A stretch of DNA of 64,000 nucleotides from Epithemia pelagica (GCA_946965045.2 OX337239.1:3241233-3305232); one strand, 5' to 3'. Numbered from the stretch's first letter, positions 33,695-45,597 are shown. Notes: generated by a model from the letters alone, not told the origin. Made by a program: numbers and translations.

Positions 33695-36600
33695 TCATTC
33701 TGACCAGCGGCCTTCGAAGGCGGCATCCCACCCAAGGAGACGCTGGGCCGCGACCGCGGCCGACAAGTTCGGAACGGCGGAGTAAAGAGGCGGAGGAGGC
33801 AGACCCTGGCGCCACAAGCGGAGGGCGGCCAGCACGTATGCAGCAATAGCAGGGTGGGTAAATCGGCGGGCCAACCATGTAGCCAGGGATTGGAGGGTTT
33901 TATCCCACAGACTGGAAACCTCGGAGTGTGGGCACTTGAACACGTGGAGGGCATTCTCCATCGGAAATCCGCAGCGAGGACAAGAGGCGGAACGCCATTG
34001 ACGGCGATGAACCATCTCGACACCAACGGCAGACCAGTTGGTGGTCGACTTCACAATCCAGTGTCGACGATTCAGGGGTTGAGCGACAAAGGCGCTCCGA
34101 TAGGCCTCCCAATGGACCATAGTTTCGGATCCAGTACCAAATTTCTCATGACGGTCGAGAAACTCCGTCAAGGGCGGTCCATTGACGTGACTCCGCAGAG
34201 CGGCGGTAAAGTCAGACAGGATCGTCGCCTGTCCCAAGACCACTGCCGGTACACGTCCCATGGGCAACGGGGGAATGCAATCCGGGGCGAGGAGCTCGTA
34301 CACCTGGGTAGCCCGCTCATCCATGAGCACATTTCTCAATGCCCATCGATCGAGTTCCTCTCGAGACTGAGAGGAGTCCTGATGTCCCCGGACATGATGT
34401 CCCTTCCAGAGCACCGTGGGCATGGATCGAAGGATATCCAGTGTAGCCGACACTAAATCCCAGCTCTTGTCCTGCACCGAAGCCGGTCGGGAGGATCGTA
34501 AGACGCGGCCCAAAACGCTCAGGCTATCGGTGGCCATATGAATTATACCGCCCTTTCCATGACCAAAACGGACGAGACCGCGAACGAAAAGAGCAATATT
34601 GTAAAGGCCGTACAGCTCACTGCGAAACGAGTTGTGACTTGACGTAGGCCCAGGGACACGAACTCCAGCCGAAATCACTTCCAATTCATCAGCCGACGGA
34701 GAAAGACACCACGCGCAAGTGCCGTCCACTCCGGCCTGAGCCAAACCATCTGACACAGCTTCCAGAGTACCGGTGTGAAGAGCGTCCACCAATCGCTGAA
34801 TCGAAGCCTCACTTGGGCCCACGAACCAGTGCTGGCAGGGTAGAGGCAGCCACGCACAAGCCACCGCAACTGCTGAGGGCGGGGGCCCGGGGCGGGGGAA
34901 CTCCAACGGCAACTCCAGGGAACGAAGAGACCGTCCCTCAAGGCGAATCTGTGAGGAAGGACGGAACTTGCCAGTCAGAGGCCGTGAGACATCCGCGACG
35001 TAGAGGGGGGCACTGAGGCACAGAGCTGCAAAAAATCCGACCGTCTCGCCGCGAAACTCAAAGCGATCCTGGCCACGGCACCGTGGGAGTGGATGAAAGA
35101 TTCGCCAGGACGTCGGAAGTGCCGGGGAAGCGGGAAGCGACAAGACAGGACAATAAAGCCGATCATACCGTCCTGACCACAAGGCACAACTCCGAAACGC
35201 CAAGGAGCCGTCCCAGGAACCTAACACTCGGGAGACGCGACGAAAACGTCGGTCCACTCCGAAGGTGGTAACTAAGGCGTCTTGCCATCCTTTCCAATTA
35301 AGGCTAGAGGCGGGCGGGGTACGCGGCCAGTCCCAGGAGTGTCGCCGTCCGCACGGCCCACTGTCACCAGACCATGCCATCGCCATGATGTGTTGGTGGT
35401 CAGCCGTCACGATATCAGCCAGGGACGCCGCACGGAGGGACAATCTGCACCAATTGAGATCAGCCAATTCATGAGGGGAACGAATGCCCGCGGCGTGAAA
35501 CGCGTCCATGAGCCAACAATCACCCGCGCTAAGCAGCGGCATGTCCGTGATCTGGAGGTTTGGGATGGTGATCTGGTGGTGCCAGCAGAAGTCCCACGTA
35601 GACGTGATCCAGGTGGCTGTGGTGCACCGATGCCAAGTCGTGTACGAATGAGCAAAGGGGTGTCCGGGAAGCCCTAATTCGAGTTGCAAGGCTTGAAACG
35701 TGGCCCGTAGGAGGTAGCCTGTAATGGAGGTATCCGCAAAAAACTGAAGAATGGTTTTGACGTGCTCTATACCTTGTTCCGTGTAAAGGTTGGGAACATC
35801 CAGCCCACCTCGATCCGGGGGACCGTAGACCACCGCACGCGGCATACTGCGAACAATATGCGAGCGACTGAGCGCCACTTGTAATAAGGGGTGCATCAAG
35901 CGGCGACATTGGTCTTCCGAGAACGTTGAAGCCGGCAGCGGGTAAGCTAGGGTTTTCAAGATACCCGTTTTGAAGGCTGTCCACACCATGTGATAGGGCA
36001 ACCGTCGGGTGCGAAGGGTGTCCGTCCAGTCCGCTATCCTCTGGCGCAAATACTCGAACTCGGCAGCCATGTTGCCATCGGGGGCCGCGCAAATGCCTAA
36101 TGTGCGACGAGCATGAGAGGGATCCAGTTGTTCAATCTCAACTTGTCGGCCAGAGGGCGACCGGACCCGTAACAGAAAGGAAGCATCTTGAGGGCGGAGC
36201 ATTTCCCATCCACCATTCCGCCATCGAAAATCCAACAGGTACCAGTGGCATTTCTGGGGAACCAAAGCTCCTCCCGAAGCGCGGAGAGAAGCCTCCCAGA
36301 ACACCACACTTTGCTGCATACGGGTTGCAACCGCAGCTAACCGATCCGAATCACACACGCTGACGTCGGAGGGCGGAAGGTTCACGACTAGGTCCGTGTC
36401 ATCGACGAAGGCGTAGCCGACGAAGATGTATTGATCTCCAGACAGAGGAAGCCGAAGAAAGATACCATAACCTCGTTGCCGCATCGAATTGAAGATCGGC
36501 GTGCTCACGACCGCCCAGATGGCGGGGCCGCCTCCATTACCCTGACCAATCCCTTGCACCGGCAGATCGTGGCCTCCGGCTTCAAAGAACACTGCAGAGT

Positions 36601-39085
36601 CCCCGTACGCCGTGCGAATATAATGACGGAGGGATTGAATAGGACGAAGTGAGGCTTCGACCAATGGGATCGGAACGCCACACCGACGCATCGCGAGATC
36701 AGCAGCCGTATGACCGATGCGGTCATAGCATGATTTCGCGTCGTTGGAGCATAGGGCCCCTGGCCGGCGTTGCTGCCGGAACAAATCAAAGGTGAGAACT
36801 TTGTTGAGTCCTTGATAAATGGCACTATGGAATTTCCGGCTCCCGTATTGTTCCGGGGCCAAGAGCTGATGTTGCTCGGCGTAGGCCATCATCGTGCGTC
36901 CCAGAGCTTTATTATTCTGATTGTAGTCTGCCTCGTAAAGCAGGATTGTTCTGAGCTTCGAGACCTTGGCAACGCCAGGTTTCTTTTCGAGCATTACGTT
37001 CAAGCCAGAGGTCCATCGACTAGGGACGTAACCGGTCAAAGTCGGGATGCGGGAAAGGGCCGCGTCGACCGCCCCAAGGTGCGGCGACCGAGCATGGGCA
37101 ATAAAGTGCCCAAAATGAAGCCCAGAGCGGCCCGAGGCCGTGTGTTCGCGCATTTTAGCCCATCCAGAAGCGTACGCCGTGGTCCGAAAGTCCGGGACAG
37201 CAGGGGCAGTATCGAGCAGGCCAACCGGACGTCGATGCTGGGCCAGGTAGGCCTTGGCCGGTTCCGAAACCAAGGAGGACAACTCCACCGGTATCGTCCC
37301 TTTATGTAGGAGCTCCGTCGACGCCGGCGAGCACCCAGTGGGTCCCAATATATCAATCACTCCGGTCTGGAGCAGATCGGTGCCAGAGGCTTGCCGAAAC
37401 CGGCGATCGTTCTCTATAAGACATCCTTGTTCAATCGCTTCTTTAGTCGTGACTTCCATCCAGGCTCCGTTCCATTCGCCATCCTCCCAGGCGCCGTCGC
37501 CGACGGGTACCTCGATTCGATCTAAACCCCGACGAGCTGAGGGCTTGAAAATTGACTTAATCACTCGCGCCTCCCGTCGTTGCCGTTCACGGGTAGCCAT
37601 AACCTTGATGGCCGACGCTTGCGATTCAAGCCCAGCATCCGCCCGAGCTTGGGCCAACCGAGCTAAATGGGTGGTCCGATCGGCGGCGGCAGATATCCTG
37701 GCGCATTTATACGCTTCCCAAGCACTATCCCGCTGGTGTTGAAGCACCGCCACATCCAAAGGGTCGGGAATGTCGATACCCAGTTTGGTAGCTAACCGGT
37801 GAAGATATGACCAACTAACCCGATTGCCCAGAGCTTTGTGGAGAAGCCGATCCCACAGTCGATGCGTTAGAAGAGCGCGGCTCAAGGACGGTGACCAGGG
37901 CAGATGGCCGGTGCGTAAACGCCGGCACTTGGATTCGGCCTGAACTATACCCGTCACTCGCAGGTGATCCAGATGCTCCCATTCCGTAGCAAGAGCTGGC
38001 GTCCAGAGCCCCGTGGAGGCCGCTTGTTCCAGCCGGAATGCCCGGGCTGGAATGTCATTGTCTTGATAAAAGCGGTTTAGGAAACCATTATACCGGGACA
38101 CCACTCTGGGATCAGAACACTGAAGCCGACGGGCCGTACTGGGTTGACTGGCTCCCGACGACGTCCCGAGACGAAACAGGTCTTGGACATCCAAGTCAGT
38201 CCACTCCGGACGGTGATCCCCGAGTGTAGAGCCGAACGGGAGATATCCACACGACGAGCTAGGGAGCACCGAAGACAAGAAAATACCGTCAATAGGGTGT
38301 GAACCGCGTTGGTGGGTGGGTGGAGCTCGAGACCCATCATGGCGAGAGAAAACAGCATCACGCATACGGAAGGGGGCGAAGCAATTGGTGACAGGATTCG
38401 TAGGGGCCCGAAGGTCCTCGTTTGCGTCCATGCATACGACAAAATGATCATCCGATTGTTGCAGTTCCTCCAGGAACACCGCTAAATCCTCCAGGAAGGC
38501 TTGAAGGGGATCCGTCAGTCGAACAGGATTCAATCCATCAAAATGGACTCTGTGTTGAGACCAGACTGAGAAGACGTCACGGGAGTTGAACACCGGCCGG
38601 TAGGCACTCACGATGACCAGGGTCTGACCCCGGACTCCGCGGAGACGAGCCCAGACCCAGCGTCCCAAACCAGAGGGATCCGTGCCACTTGACATCACGC
38701 GATCGCAATGCGCGTCCCGGATGATCAATGCCACTCCACCAGGTTGCCGAGCCGACGGGCTAGGAAACTGCCAAAACCAAGCTGTTTTGCAGAATGTAGT
38801 CCGAAACCAAGGGCGAATAATCTGAGACAAATGAGCAGTGTCCTCGACATGCTGCCACGCAATATTAGTCTCAGATAAACATAACACATCCACATCGTTC
38901 GATAGCATAAAGGCCTGAAGGTCGTGATACTTTGGGTGATGGCCGTAGGTAGGTAATCCAGCCGAATTCAGAGCCACTATCCACAAATACCGGTCTGACG
39001 TTCGAGCGTGAAAAGGATCCCCCCAGCAGTCACCACCACAGTCGGCGGAGTTGACCGAGAACAACGCCATCTCGCCGCTCCTCAT
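33695..39085 (-). CDS. LINE ORF2: AP endonuclease, reverse transcriptase, RNase H, C-terminal zinc knuckle
   Basis: APE: LCLSETN, VSAYRP, CMDANE, IDGIF, GDHRP. RT: QYGSR, NDAKSCYDRI, GIGQGNGGGP, FVDDTDL. RNase H: AVSDG, RSELYG, ATDS, HVRGHQD, NVLMD. Also CPRCG...HVFKC. The frame continues past TGA 33695 into FLWNTAWDLWEHRN, so that stop is probably premature. Confidence 0.92.
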   Translation of the reverse strand: MRSGEMALFSVNSADCGGDCWGDPFHARTSDRYLWIVALNSAGLPTYGHHPKYHDLQAFMLSNDVDVLCLSETNIAWQHVEDTAHLSQIIRPWFRTTFCKTAWFWQFPSPSARQPGGVALIIRDAHCDRVMSSGTDPSGLGRWVWARLRGVRGQTLVIVSAYRPVFNSRDVFSVWSQHRVHFDGLNPVRLTDPLQAFLEDLAVFLEELQQSDDHFVVCMDANEDLRAPTNPVTNCFAPFRMRDAVFSRHDGSRAPPTHQRGSHPIDGIFLSSVLPSSSCGYLPFGSTLGDHRPEWTDLDVQDLFRLGTSSGASQPSTARRLQCSDPRVVSRYNGFLNRFYQDNDIPARAFRLEQAASTGLWTPALATEWEHLDHLRVTGIVQAESKCRRLRTGHLPWSPSLSRALLTHRLWDRLLHKALGNRVSWSYLHRLATKLGIDIPDPLDVAVLQHQRDSAWEAYKCARISAAADRTTHLARLAQARADAGLESQASAIKVMATRERQRREARVIKSIFKPSARRGLDRIEVPVGDGAWEDGEWNGAWMEVTTKEAIEQGCLIENDRRFRQASGTDLLQTGVIDILGPTGCSPASTELLHKGTIPVELSSLVSEPAKAYLAQHRRPVGLLDTAPAVPDFRTTAYASGWAKMREHTASGRSGLHFGHFIAHARSPHLGAVDAALSRIPTLTGYVPSRWTSGLNVMLEKKPGVAKVSKLRTILLYEADYNQNNKALGRTMMAYAEQHQLLAPEQYGSRKFHSAIYQGLNKVLTFDLFRQQRRPGALCSNDAKSCYDRIGHTAADLAMRRCGVPIPLVEASLRPIQSLRHYIRTAYGDSAVFFEAGGHDLPVQGIGQGNGGGPAIWAVVSTPIFNSMRQRGYGIFLRLPLSGDQYIFVGYAFVDDTDLVVNLPPSDVSVCDSDRLAAVATRMQQSVVFWEASLRASGGALVPQKCHWYLLDFRWRNGGWEMLRPQDASFLLRVRSPSGRQVEIEQLDPSHARRTLGICAAPDGNMAAEFEYLRQRIADWTDTLRTRRLPYHMVWTAFKTGILKTLAYPLPASTFSEDQCRRLMHPLLQVALSRSHIVRSMPRAVVYGPPDRGGLDVPNLYTEQGIEHVKTILQFFADTSITGYLLRATFQALQLELGLPGHPFAHSYTTWHRCTTATWITSTWDFCWHHQITIPNLQITDMPLLSAGDCWLMDAFHAAGIRSPHELADLNWCRLSLRAASLADIVTADHQHIMAMAWSGDSGPCGRRHSWDWPRTPPASSLNWKGWQDALVTTFGVDRRFRRVSRVLGSWDGSLAFRSCALWSGRYDRLYCPVLSLPASPALPTSWRIFHPLPRCRGQDRFEFRGETVGFFAALCLSAPLYVADVSRPLTGKFRPSSQIRLEGRSLRSLELPLEFPRPGPPPSAVAVACAWLPLPCQHWFVGPSEASIQRLVDALHTGTLEAVSDGLAQAGVDGTCAWCLSPSADELEVISAGVRVPGPTSSHNSFRSELYGLYNIALFVRGLVRFGHGKGGIIHMATDSLSVLGRVLRSSRPASVQDKSWDLVSATLDILRSMPTVLWKGHHVRGHQDSSQSREELDRWALRNVLMDERATQVYELLAPDCIPPLPMGRVPAVVLGQATILSDFTAALRSHVNGPPLTEFLDRHEKFGTGSETMVHWEAYRSAFVAQPLNRRHWIVKSTTNWSAVGVEMVHRRQWRSASCPRCGFPMENALHVFKCPHSEVSSLWDKTLQSLATWLARRFTHPAIAAYVLAALRLWRQGLPPPPLYSAVPNLSAAVAAQRLLGWDAAFEGRWSE

Positions 39086-39154
39086 TGCACTTAGCCCCTC
39101 GGTGGAACCAGCCCGAGATGAGGACTCGGCCCGGCCCGGCCCGGGGCATCAGAA

Positions 39155-41719
39155 CTAATGGCCCTGCCCCAACGGGGACTGCTGGCCCGCCGGGGAAGAT
39201 GCAAGAGAAGAAAGCTGAGCGCGTACTGTCGCGACTGAAGGATGATTGGGATGAGCTGATAGCACTTGTGAAACGTTTTGTAAAACTGCAGAGAGTTGAG
39301 CCAATACTTGGTCAGGGGTGGTGGAGGAAGCTAGGGAGTAGGTGGTATCGGAGAGAGCGGTGGAGGCCAAATTGGGAGCAGCCGGCGGCCGAGGGACATG
39401 GGAACTCGCGCGAGAACTTGACTGGGACGGGGCCGAGCCCCCTGAGACAGTGGAGGCAATCGATGTCCCCTGCGGAAGCGTAGAAATGCTATCGTGGTCC
39501 GCAGCCGCGTCATGGGGACGGACTAAACTCTGGGGAGCCACGAGTTGTATCGTCGCAGAGGAAACGGCGCCCACCTTCGAGCAATCTAATTCAGCGTCAC
39601 CGGTGTCATGGACCCAAAGGCTATAGGAGTCGGCCGGTGAGTCAACCGTCAAAGTGGTAGGATTCCAGGTTGCGCCCACGGCGCGTTCAAGAGCCTCTTG
39701 GTTAAAGTGACGGTACACCACCCGTGACAACAAAATTTCCCGATCCCTATCCTCCAAGTCCGGCTCCGCCGTGGCGACCTTCCAACGAAGGTACGGCACC
39801 AACGCCAGAATCATGGTTCTCGCTTCATCTTCTCGATCAGGGTGGAAACAGAACTGTGTCGCTCCCTCTAAATGGCTGGGATCCACTGAGTGAAATAGGC
39901 GGTAGCCAGATTGGCTTTTGATCTCTATCAGCCGATCCCGAAGCGAAAGTCCCGAGGTATCGTCGACCACGTCTAAGTCATGCAACTCCCAAGTACGCAT
40001 GTTGATCATCGATTGACAAAACTGGAGCTGCCTCAACCTTAACGCCGCAACCTTATTGCGAGTGTTGATGTTCATAAGGTCATGTAGCGGCCACACGATG
40101 CGAAGTTTAATACCCAAGGGGAATTCCGTTGCCGACCGATCGTAGATGGTTGCAAGGCGGCGCTTGGCATCGGACTTGTGCTGGCGATCCACTTCAAAGT
40201 GGAGAGCCTTAGCGAGTTGCTCTTTAGGTATCGCTCCCGATTGTCCTGTACTGATGGTTCGCCACCGGATCCCGACTTCGTATCCTAGTTCCGCAGACAG
40301 ATGCATGCGGAGAGTAGGCACATGCATCGTCTGAGTGGAATAAAGAGCCCATCCGACTATAGAAGTCGTCTCACATTGAAGCTGCCGTGTCCAAAGCCCG
40401 TGTCTTTCGGCTTGGAACCAACTGGATAGTCCTGCCATTAACTCCGAGAACGGCTTAGTGTGTCCAAACTACACTGAGGGATAGATGAACCCTCCTGCCG
40501 CTTTAGGAACCGCGCGCGGGAAGTACTTTTTAAGCACTCCGATATCGGCTGGTATGCCAGCAGGGGACGAAATGGCTCGGAGGACACGAACACCGTTGGG
40601 CCGATCCCTGTTGTCGAGCTCGGCCCACGGGTGGACCACCAACGACGCATCCACTTCCTGAATCTTGGTCATGAGGTTGGCTAACGCGCGACGCAGTTCT
40701 TCCTCCGGATTCGTAGAGGGTGGAACATTAATGCGTAATTCGTACCGTGCTGTGACGTGGCGAGCCGGGTTCAATCGTAAAGGCCGAAGATACGGATTCA
40801 CCACCTGCGTGCGGGAAATACGTGCCCGTGGTTGCGAAACGGCAGCAGCGTAGGTATGTGGTGCCGCCGCGGGGGCTGGAGAAACCGTGGTCGGCGTAGC
40901 GACCGGCTGGTTGACGAAGATATGCACCAGCGGGCCGGTGGCATTATCTCGGGCAACGGTAACAGCCTCAGCCGCATCATCAGGCGCAGGTTGGGGCGGC
41001 TCGGAGCTGGATGTTGGAGTGTTATCCGTTCGTGGAGGGGCCGGGTGCTCTGCTGGAAGGGCCTGATTCTGCCGGGCCAAGTCCTCAATTTCCGCATTCA
41101 GAGTCGTCGTAAATCCTCGTTGGGGGGACTCCACCGATGTCTGAGCAACCTGAACTGCCCCAGGGGGAGCATCCGCTGGAGTGGGTTGTGGAACCGCATC
41201 AGGGGGACCATGGTGGTGAGGTGGATTGGCCTCGGGGGAGGCGTCGGCTACGGGAGGTACCGCCCTCGGCACCGAAACATCCGCCATAGGGACGTCCTCA
41301 TCCACTGGTTCGGCCACCGGAGAACGTGGGGCCCGGCGATTGGACCGACGATTACGTCGGCGACGAGGAGACGACGCGGGAAGATCCGACTCGTTCACAT
41401 TGTTAGCACGACCGCCACAACCGCGTTGAGTGTCCAGGGGAGGTCGGCCGTTGTTACGGCCTCGTCCTCGACCAGCTGGAGCCCGTCCACGTCCTCGGCC
41501 CCGTCCGCCCGAACTCCCTCGGGAGGACGGAACGCTAGTCCAATCCGACGCCGTGTCAGAGCTAGTATTGGGCAATGTCACCTGATCCGGAGAACGGTGC
41601 GCCGTCATGGTGGTTGGGCCTCGGCCTGACGACCGAGCGGAGCGGGAAGTAAGGGACCCCGCCGAGGTGCTAGCCGCCGTCGTAGTCTCCGCTTGGGAGT
41701 CCGTCGTTGGATGATTCAC
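39155..41719 (-). pseudogene. LINE ORF1 split by one in-frame TAG (40469-40471)
   Basis: ORFs 40469..41719 and 39155..40438 are in the same frame: IYPSV-TAG-FGHTKPFSEL-M. The N-terminal part is low-complexity and rich in RG, Pro and Ala. Confidence 0.8.
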
Positions 41720-43196
41720 TCGAGGCGTTCCAGAAACCGCTACACCATGACCGCCGACTGAAAGAACTGGGTCACTCGGGCTTGATTGCCATGGGAAGGC
41801 GTCGACGTAGCGGAAGCTGCCGCAGGAGGCCTAGAACCACGAGAATTGACCATGGTGAACGTCCCGTAGGGCCACCGTAGAAACAAGTACTAGAAATACT
41901 ATAAGCAAAAGAGTAGGCTTCGAAATGTCGCAGTCATCGAGAAGTTCTTGCCCCTCAATGACAGTTCCGCCAAACCTTGTTGCACGATTATAACACTGTC
42001 GAGCAGCAGTGTTGGACTTCGATCACTACCGCATTTAAGCCTCGTACCGAACTCAGCAGTACCAACAACAAAACCACGACCACGAATGGCGCCGATCATG
42101 TCTTGGCTGTCGTCTAATAGAACTTGTTCTTGTTCTTCTTCGTTGGATTCTGGTTCTTGGTGGTGCGAATCTTCGTCTGGTCGATGTGGAAGGGCGATGG
42201 GACCCTTTCCCATGATCGATTCTTCACCTGTTGATTCTCCCGTGTCGGGTGCATGACGTAACCGTGTCGATTCAAATGACGATTGCACCAATGACCCTTG
42301 TACATGAAATCCTCGACAAGGCCCACATAGCTCCAAACATCGGATCGAGCCGAGTAAAAGGCCACATAGACCACCAAGGCAATCTCAGTGGCACGGAGCA
42401 GCCACCATTGGGTGTCATTTGTAACCATCGAGAGTTGTCGCATCTTTATGTGGAGATTTGCTCTCAGTAGATTGGAGCGATTCGAATTTGAGGGTCCATG
42501 CAAACTTTCTTGCGCGATCTGCAATGGAAACCGCCAATTTGCTCATTCCTGAGAATTTGCGATTCTTGTCGCCGTATTGTCCTATGAGTTCAGTCACTCT
42601 ATCTTGTCAATGAACGGTCTTCTCTTCAGGATCGATACTAACATATACTCTTGTTTGTGCTCTTACTGCCTTGTCTCCTCAAATGCAGGCGTCTGCTGCG
42701 AGCTAATGCAACACCTGATGCGAGTCATTATGGGATACATGACAAGTTCCTTCTGGTCCATCTTGTCGTCAGATTCTCGTTTTGGCGTAGTTGTGATTGT
42801 GGCCTCGGTTCCGTCACAAATCACAAAGCGATGCCCATTCGAATCATTTTGGATCAAGAAGTCAAGAAGACCACTCTCTGTTGTTGTTGTTGTTGTCATT
42901 GTGAACAGTCCGCAGGACCACGGGAATAATGGCGCTCCATAAAAGGCTTTGGACGAGAGATGACTTGGAAACAAGCGATATCGACCCAGTGGATGTTGGA
43001 TTGGCATCTGTGGACCTCTTCATCATGCGAGGACGACGGTCCTAAAAACACAGCAAAAGATACTTCTTGGTACTTCTTGGGGCTTGTCATGTAATCTATG
43101 AGCGATTGACTTCCCTTCATCATCGTACGCATGACAGGCACAGCTCGCGTTGCTCAAAGCTGTCATTGCTCGTCCACGTTGCAAAGCGCCGTGACC

Positions 43197-44402
43197 ATGA
43201 CAACGACACTGAACGAACAAGCATGGCAGTCGGGCCTTGCCCTGTTAGACGAGACACCTGAATGGAATTTCGAGGACTGGCCTCCTCTTGTGGGTGGATG
43301 GCGTGCAGGTCATAGTTCGGTCGTACTGAATCATCTCGATACGGAAAACGAGACCAACAACAGGGGGCAGACGGTCGTCGTGTTGGGAGGATATCAACAA
43401 GGCCAAGGCGATGTCAATTCCGTTCTGCTATTGAATCTGGCAGACCCAAACAAGCAGTGGCGAGAAGGGCCACCCATGAACCAGAAGCGTGATGGACATG
43501 CCACTGTTGTGTTCAACGGTGGCGTCTACGTGATGGGAGGTCGCAATACAACATCTTTGGATTGTCTGGAACGAATTGACTTGAATGATTTGTTTCAATC
43601 ATCTTTGACAACAAGTAGCACACGTGCGAGCCATTGGACGACATTGACATGTCGGTTATCATCTGGACGACATGGGTGTTGTGCTGTCGCGGTTCACAAC
43701 CGATACATCGTTGTAATGGGTGGATACAGCGATCGTTATTTGTCGTCGGTGGATATTATAGATACAAACAGCCACACTGTCATTGCCGGACCAAGCATGA
43801 TTGTTCCACGACAATGGTTTGCCAGTGCGGTCATTGGTCACCGCATCTTTCTCGTTGGAGGTCATAACGATGAGCATGGCTGTCTTTACACGGTGGAGTA
43901 TTTGGACTTCGCAACACCCTGTGGCAATGATGAGACAAAAAAGGAGACTGGTTCTACATTCATTTCTTTCTCACCCACCTGGACCACTCATTCGGAGTTG
44001 AGGCTTTCCAATGCACGAAGTCCTTGTGCAATGGTTCCCGTGGGATCTTGTCTGGTGGTGGCGGGAGGATGGAGAAATTCAACCGTGGAAGTTTTGGATA
44101 CGCACCGCAACCGTGTGTGGAATCTCCCTGGACTGCAAGAAGATCGTTGGGGCTGCAGTATGGTGTCTGTTGCCAATCAAGTTGCCGTGATTGGTGGATG
44201 GCGCACTACTTCGTGTGCGACATTGCCACTTCTGGATAGAAATTCATGGTGTTTTCATCGTCTCTGTGAGCAGCAACCGAACGGATGGTATCATTCTCTT
44301 GAAGGTAAGGGTATCCGAGATGCTGATGTCTCACCCTCCTGCACATTGACATCAGCTCGTAAACGGGCAAGGCCCAATACACGCCGTTGTGATAAAGACT
44401 AG
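43197..44402 (+). CDS. Kelch-repeat protein, array copy 7
   Basis: ORF 43131..44402, ATG 43197. Six repeats; tail RKRARP. Confidence 0.92.
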   Translation: MTTTLNEQAWQSGLALLDETPEWNFEDWPPLVGGWRAGHSSVVLNHLDTENETNNRGQTVVVLGGYQQGQGDVNSVLLLNLADPNKQWREGPPMNQKRDGHATVVFNGGVYVMGGRNTTSLDCLERIDLNDLFQSSLTTSSTRASHWTTLTCRLSSGRHGCCAVAVHNRYIVVMGGYSDRYLSSVDIIDTNSHTVIAGPSMIVPRQWFASAVIGHRIFLVGGHNDEHGCLYTVEYLDFATPCGNDETKKETGSTFISFSPTWTTHSELRLSNARSPCAMVPVGSCLVVAGGWRNSTVEVLDTHRNRVWNLPGLQEDRWGCSMVSVANQVAVIGGWRTTSCATLPLLDRNSWCFHRLCEQQPNGWYHSLEGKGIRDADVSPSCTLTSARKRARPNTRRCDKD

Positions 44403-45597
44403 GAAAACTTGAAGTGGGCATCACGTTGCGTTCATGTCCTACAATGGCAAAACTTGCGAATAATCATTTTGATCTCGAACAGTTTTCTTATTGTCTATTA
44501 GCTGTGGAGTTCTCATGTGAATCCTTATAGCATAAACGAAATCATGTTTCCGGTAGACCGCGACTGTTCCGAAACGAGAAAACAATACCATGCATTATGC
44601 AGAATTTTGCCTTGTATTAAGTTTTATTGTCGTTGTGTTGAGTGCTTTGGCAGTCCCTGCGGTATTTTTCCGTGGAGGAAAATAATCGAATGCAAGAAAT
44701 GGTTTGGCAAAAGCCGCTTCTTTTGGTGGACTCCAATCTTCTCACAAACTAGTCAATGCGATGACTGCAGAGGATGGAAATCTCGTTCTATTATATGAGA
44801 GAGCAACGGAGATCACCAAGCTCAATCTTGTTCCAAATCTCACCGTCTTCAAACTCTACGTTATACAACCATGTACCAGGACTGTAAAAGGGGCGTCGCG
44901 ATTTGCCATGTGTCCGACTACACTCGACCGCAATCACACGGGAATCTTCATTCGCCCACGTGGCTGTTTCGGTCTCTTGCTGTCGTCCGTATTATTGTCA
45001 TCGAAGACTCGTACCTGATTCGTTTCTCCAATCACGGTAGGGGGATCAAAGTCTGTGACATTGCGAGCAGTCGATGATGATACCTTGTCAATCGTCTCCA
45101 ACGCCCAACCCCCTCCAGTGTTGATTGAAGACGATTTGACTGAGGACGAGCCAAGGACAAAGATGAGGACGACATTGAGAAAAGAGAGAATTGTGCTCTT
45201 GCAATGAGAGATTGAATTGAGGCTTGGTCCACGTCTTCATTGGCCGTCATCAACATCCGCTGTTGCAGTTGAAGCTGGTACGGAATGTCGATAGGCCGGT
45301 ACACACCAAACCGCAATTCCGACTACAACAACGGTTCCATGGTTTCGCGAAGTAACCGATGCAGAACGGAGTATATGGCTCTTCCTTGTCTATGACTGAT
45401 GAGACACCATTGTCGGCCATTTCCTTGTTGTTGCAAAAATCGAGCGGGCTCTCCTGTTTGTTGTGAATGCCGTAATGCCTGGTAAATCGAGTGAGCCACC
45501 GCACCATGTGCCGTTCACAGGAGCGTTATGGGTGTTTACAAAGGCTTTTGACCGTGTCGATTCAAATGACATGACAAAATTGCCAGAATGACCCTTG

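Larger units (their letters stand above)
33128..41945 (-). mobile_element. Non-LTR retrotransposon (LINE), Ambal-like, near full length
   Basis: ORF1 plus ORF2 (APE-RT-RNase H-CCHC). Flanked by an 18-bp imperfect duplication, TCTTGCCTTTCAATGATA (33110-33127) / TCTTGCCCCTCAATGACA (41946-41963). A single-copy empty site lies at 60085-60102. Confidence 0.92.

Noticed and set aside
33138-41629. Many overlapping ORFs in the LINE (e.g. 40832..41629 +, 33854..34456 +, 35529..36092 -)
   Set aside because: Shadow frames of a GC-rich coding region with no recognisable motifs.
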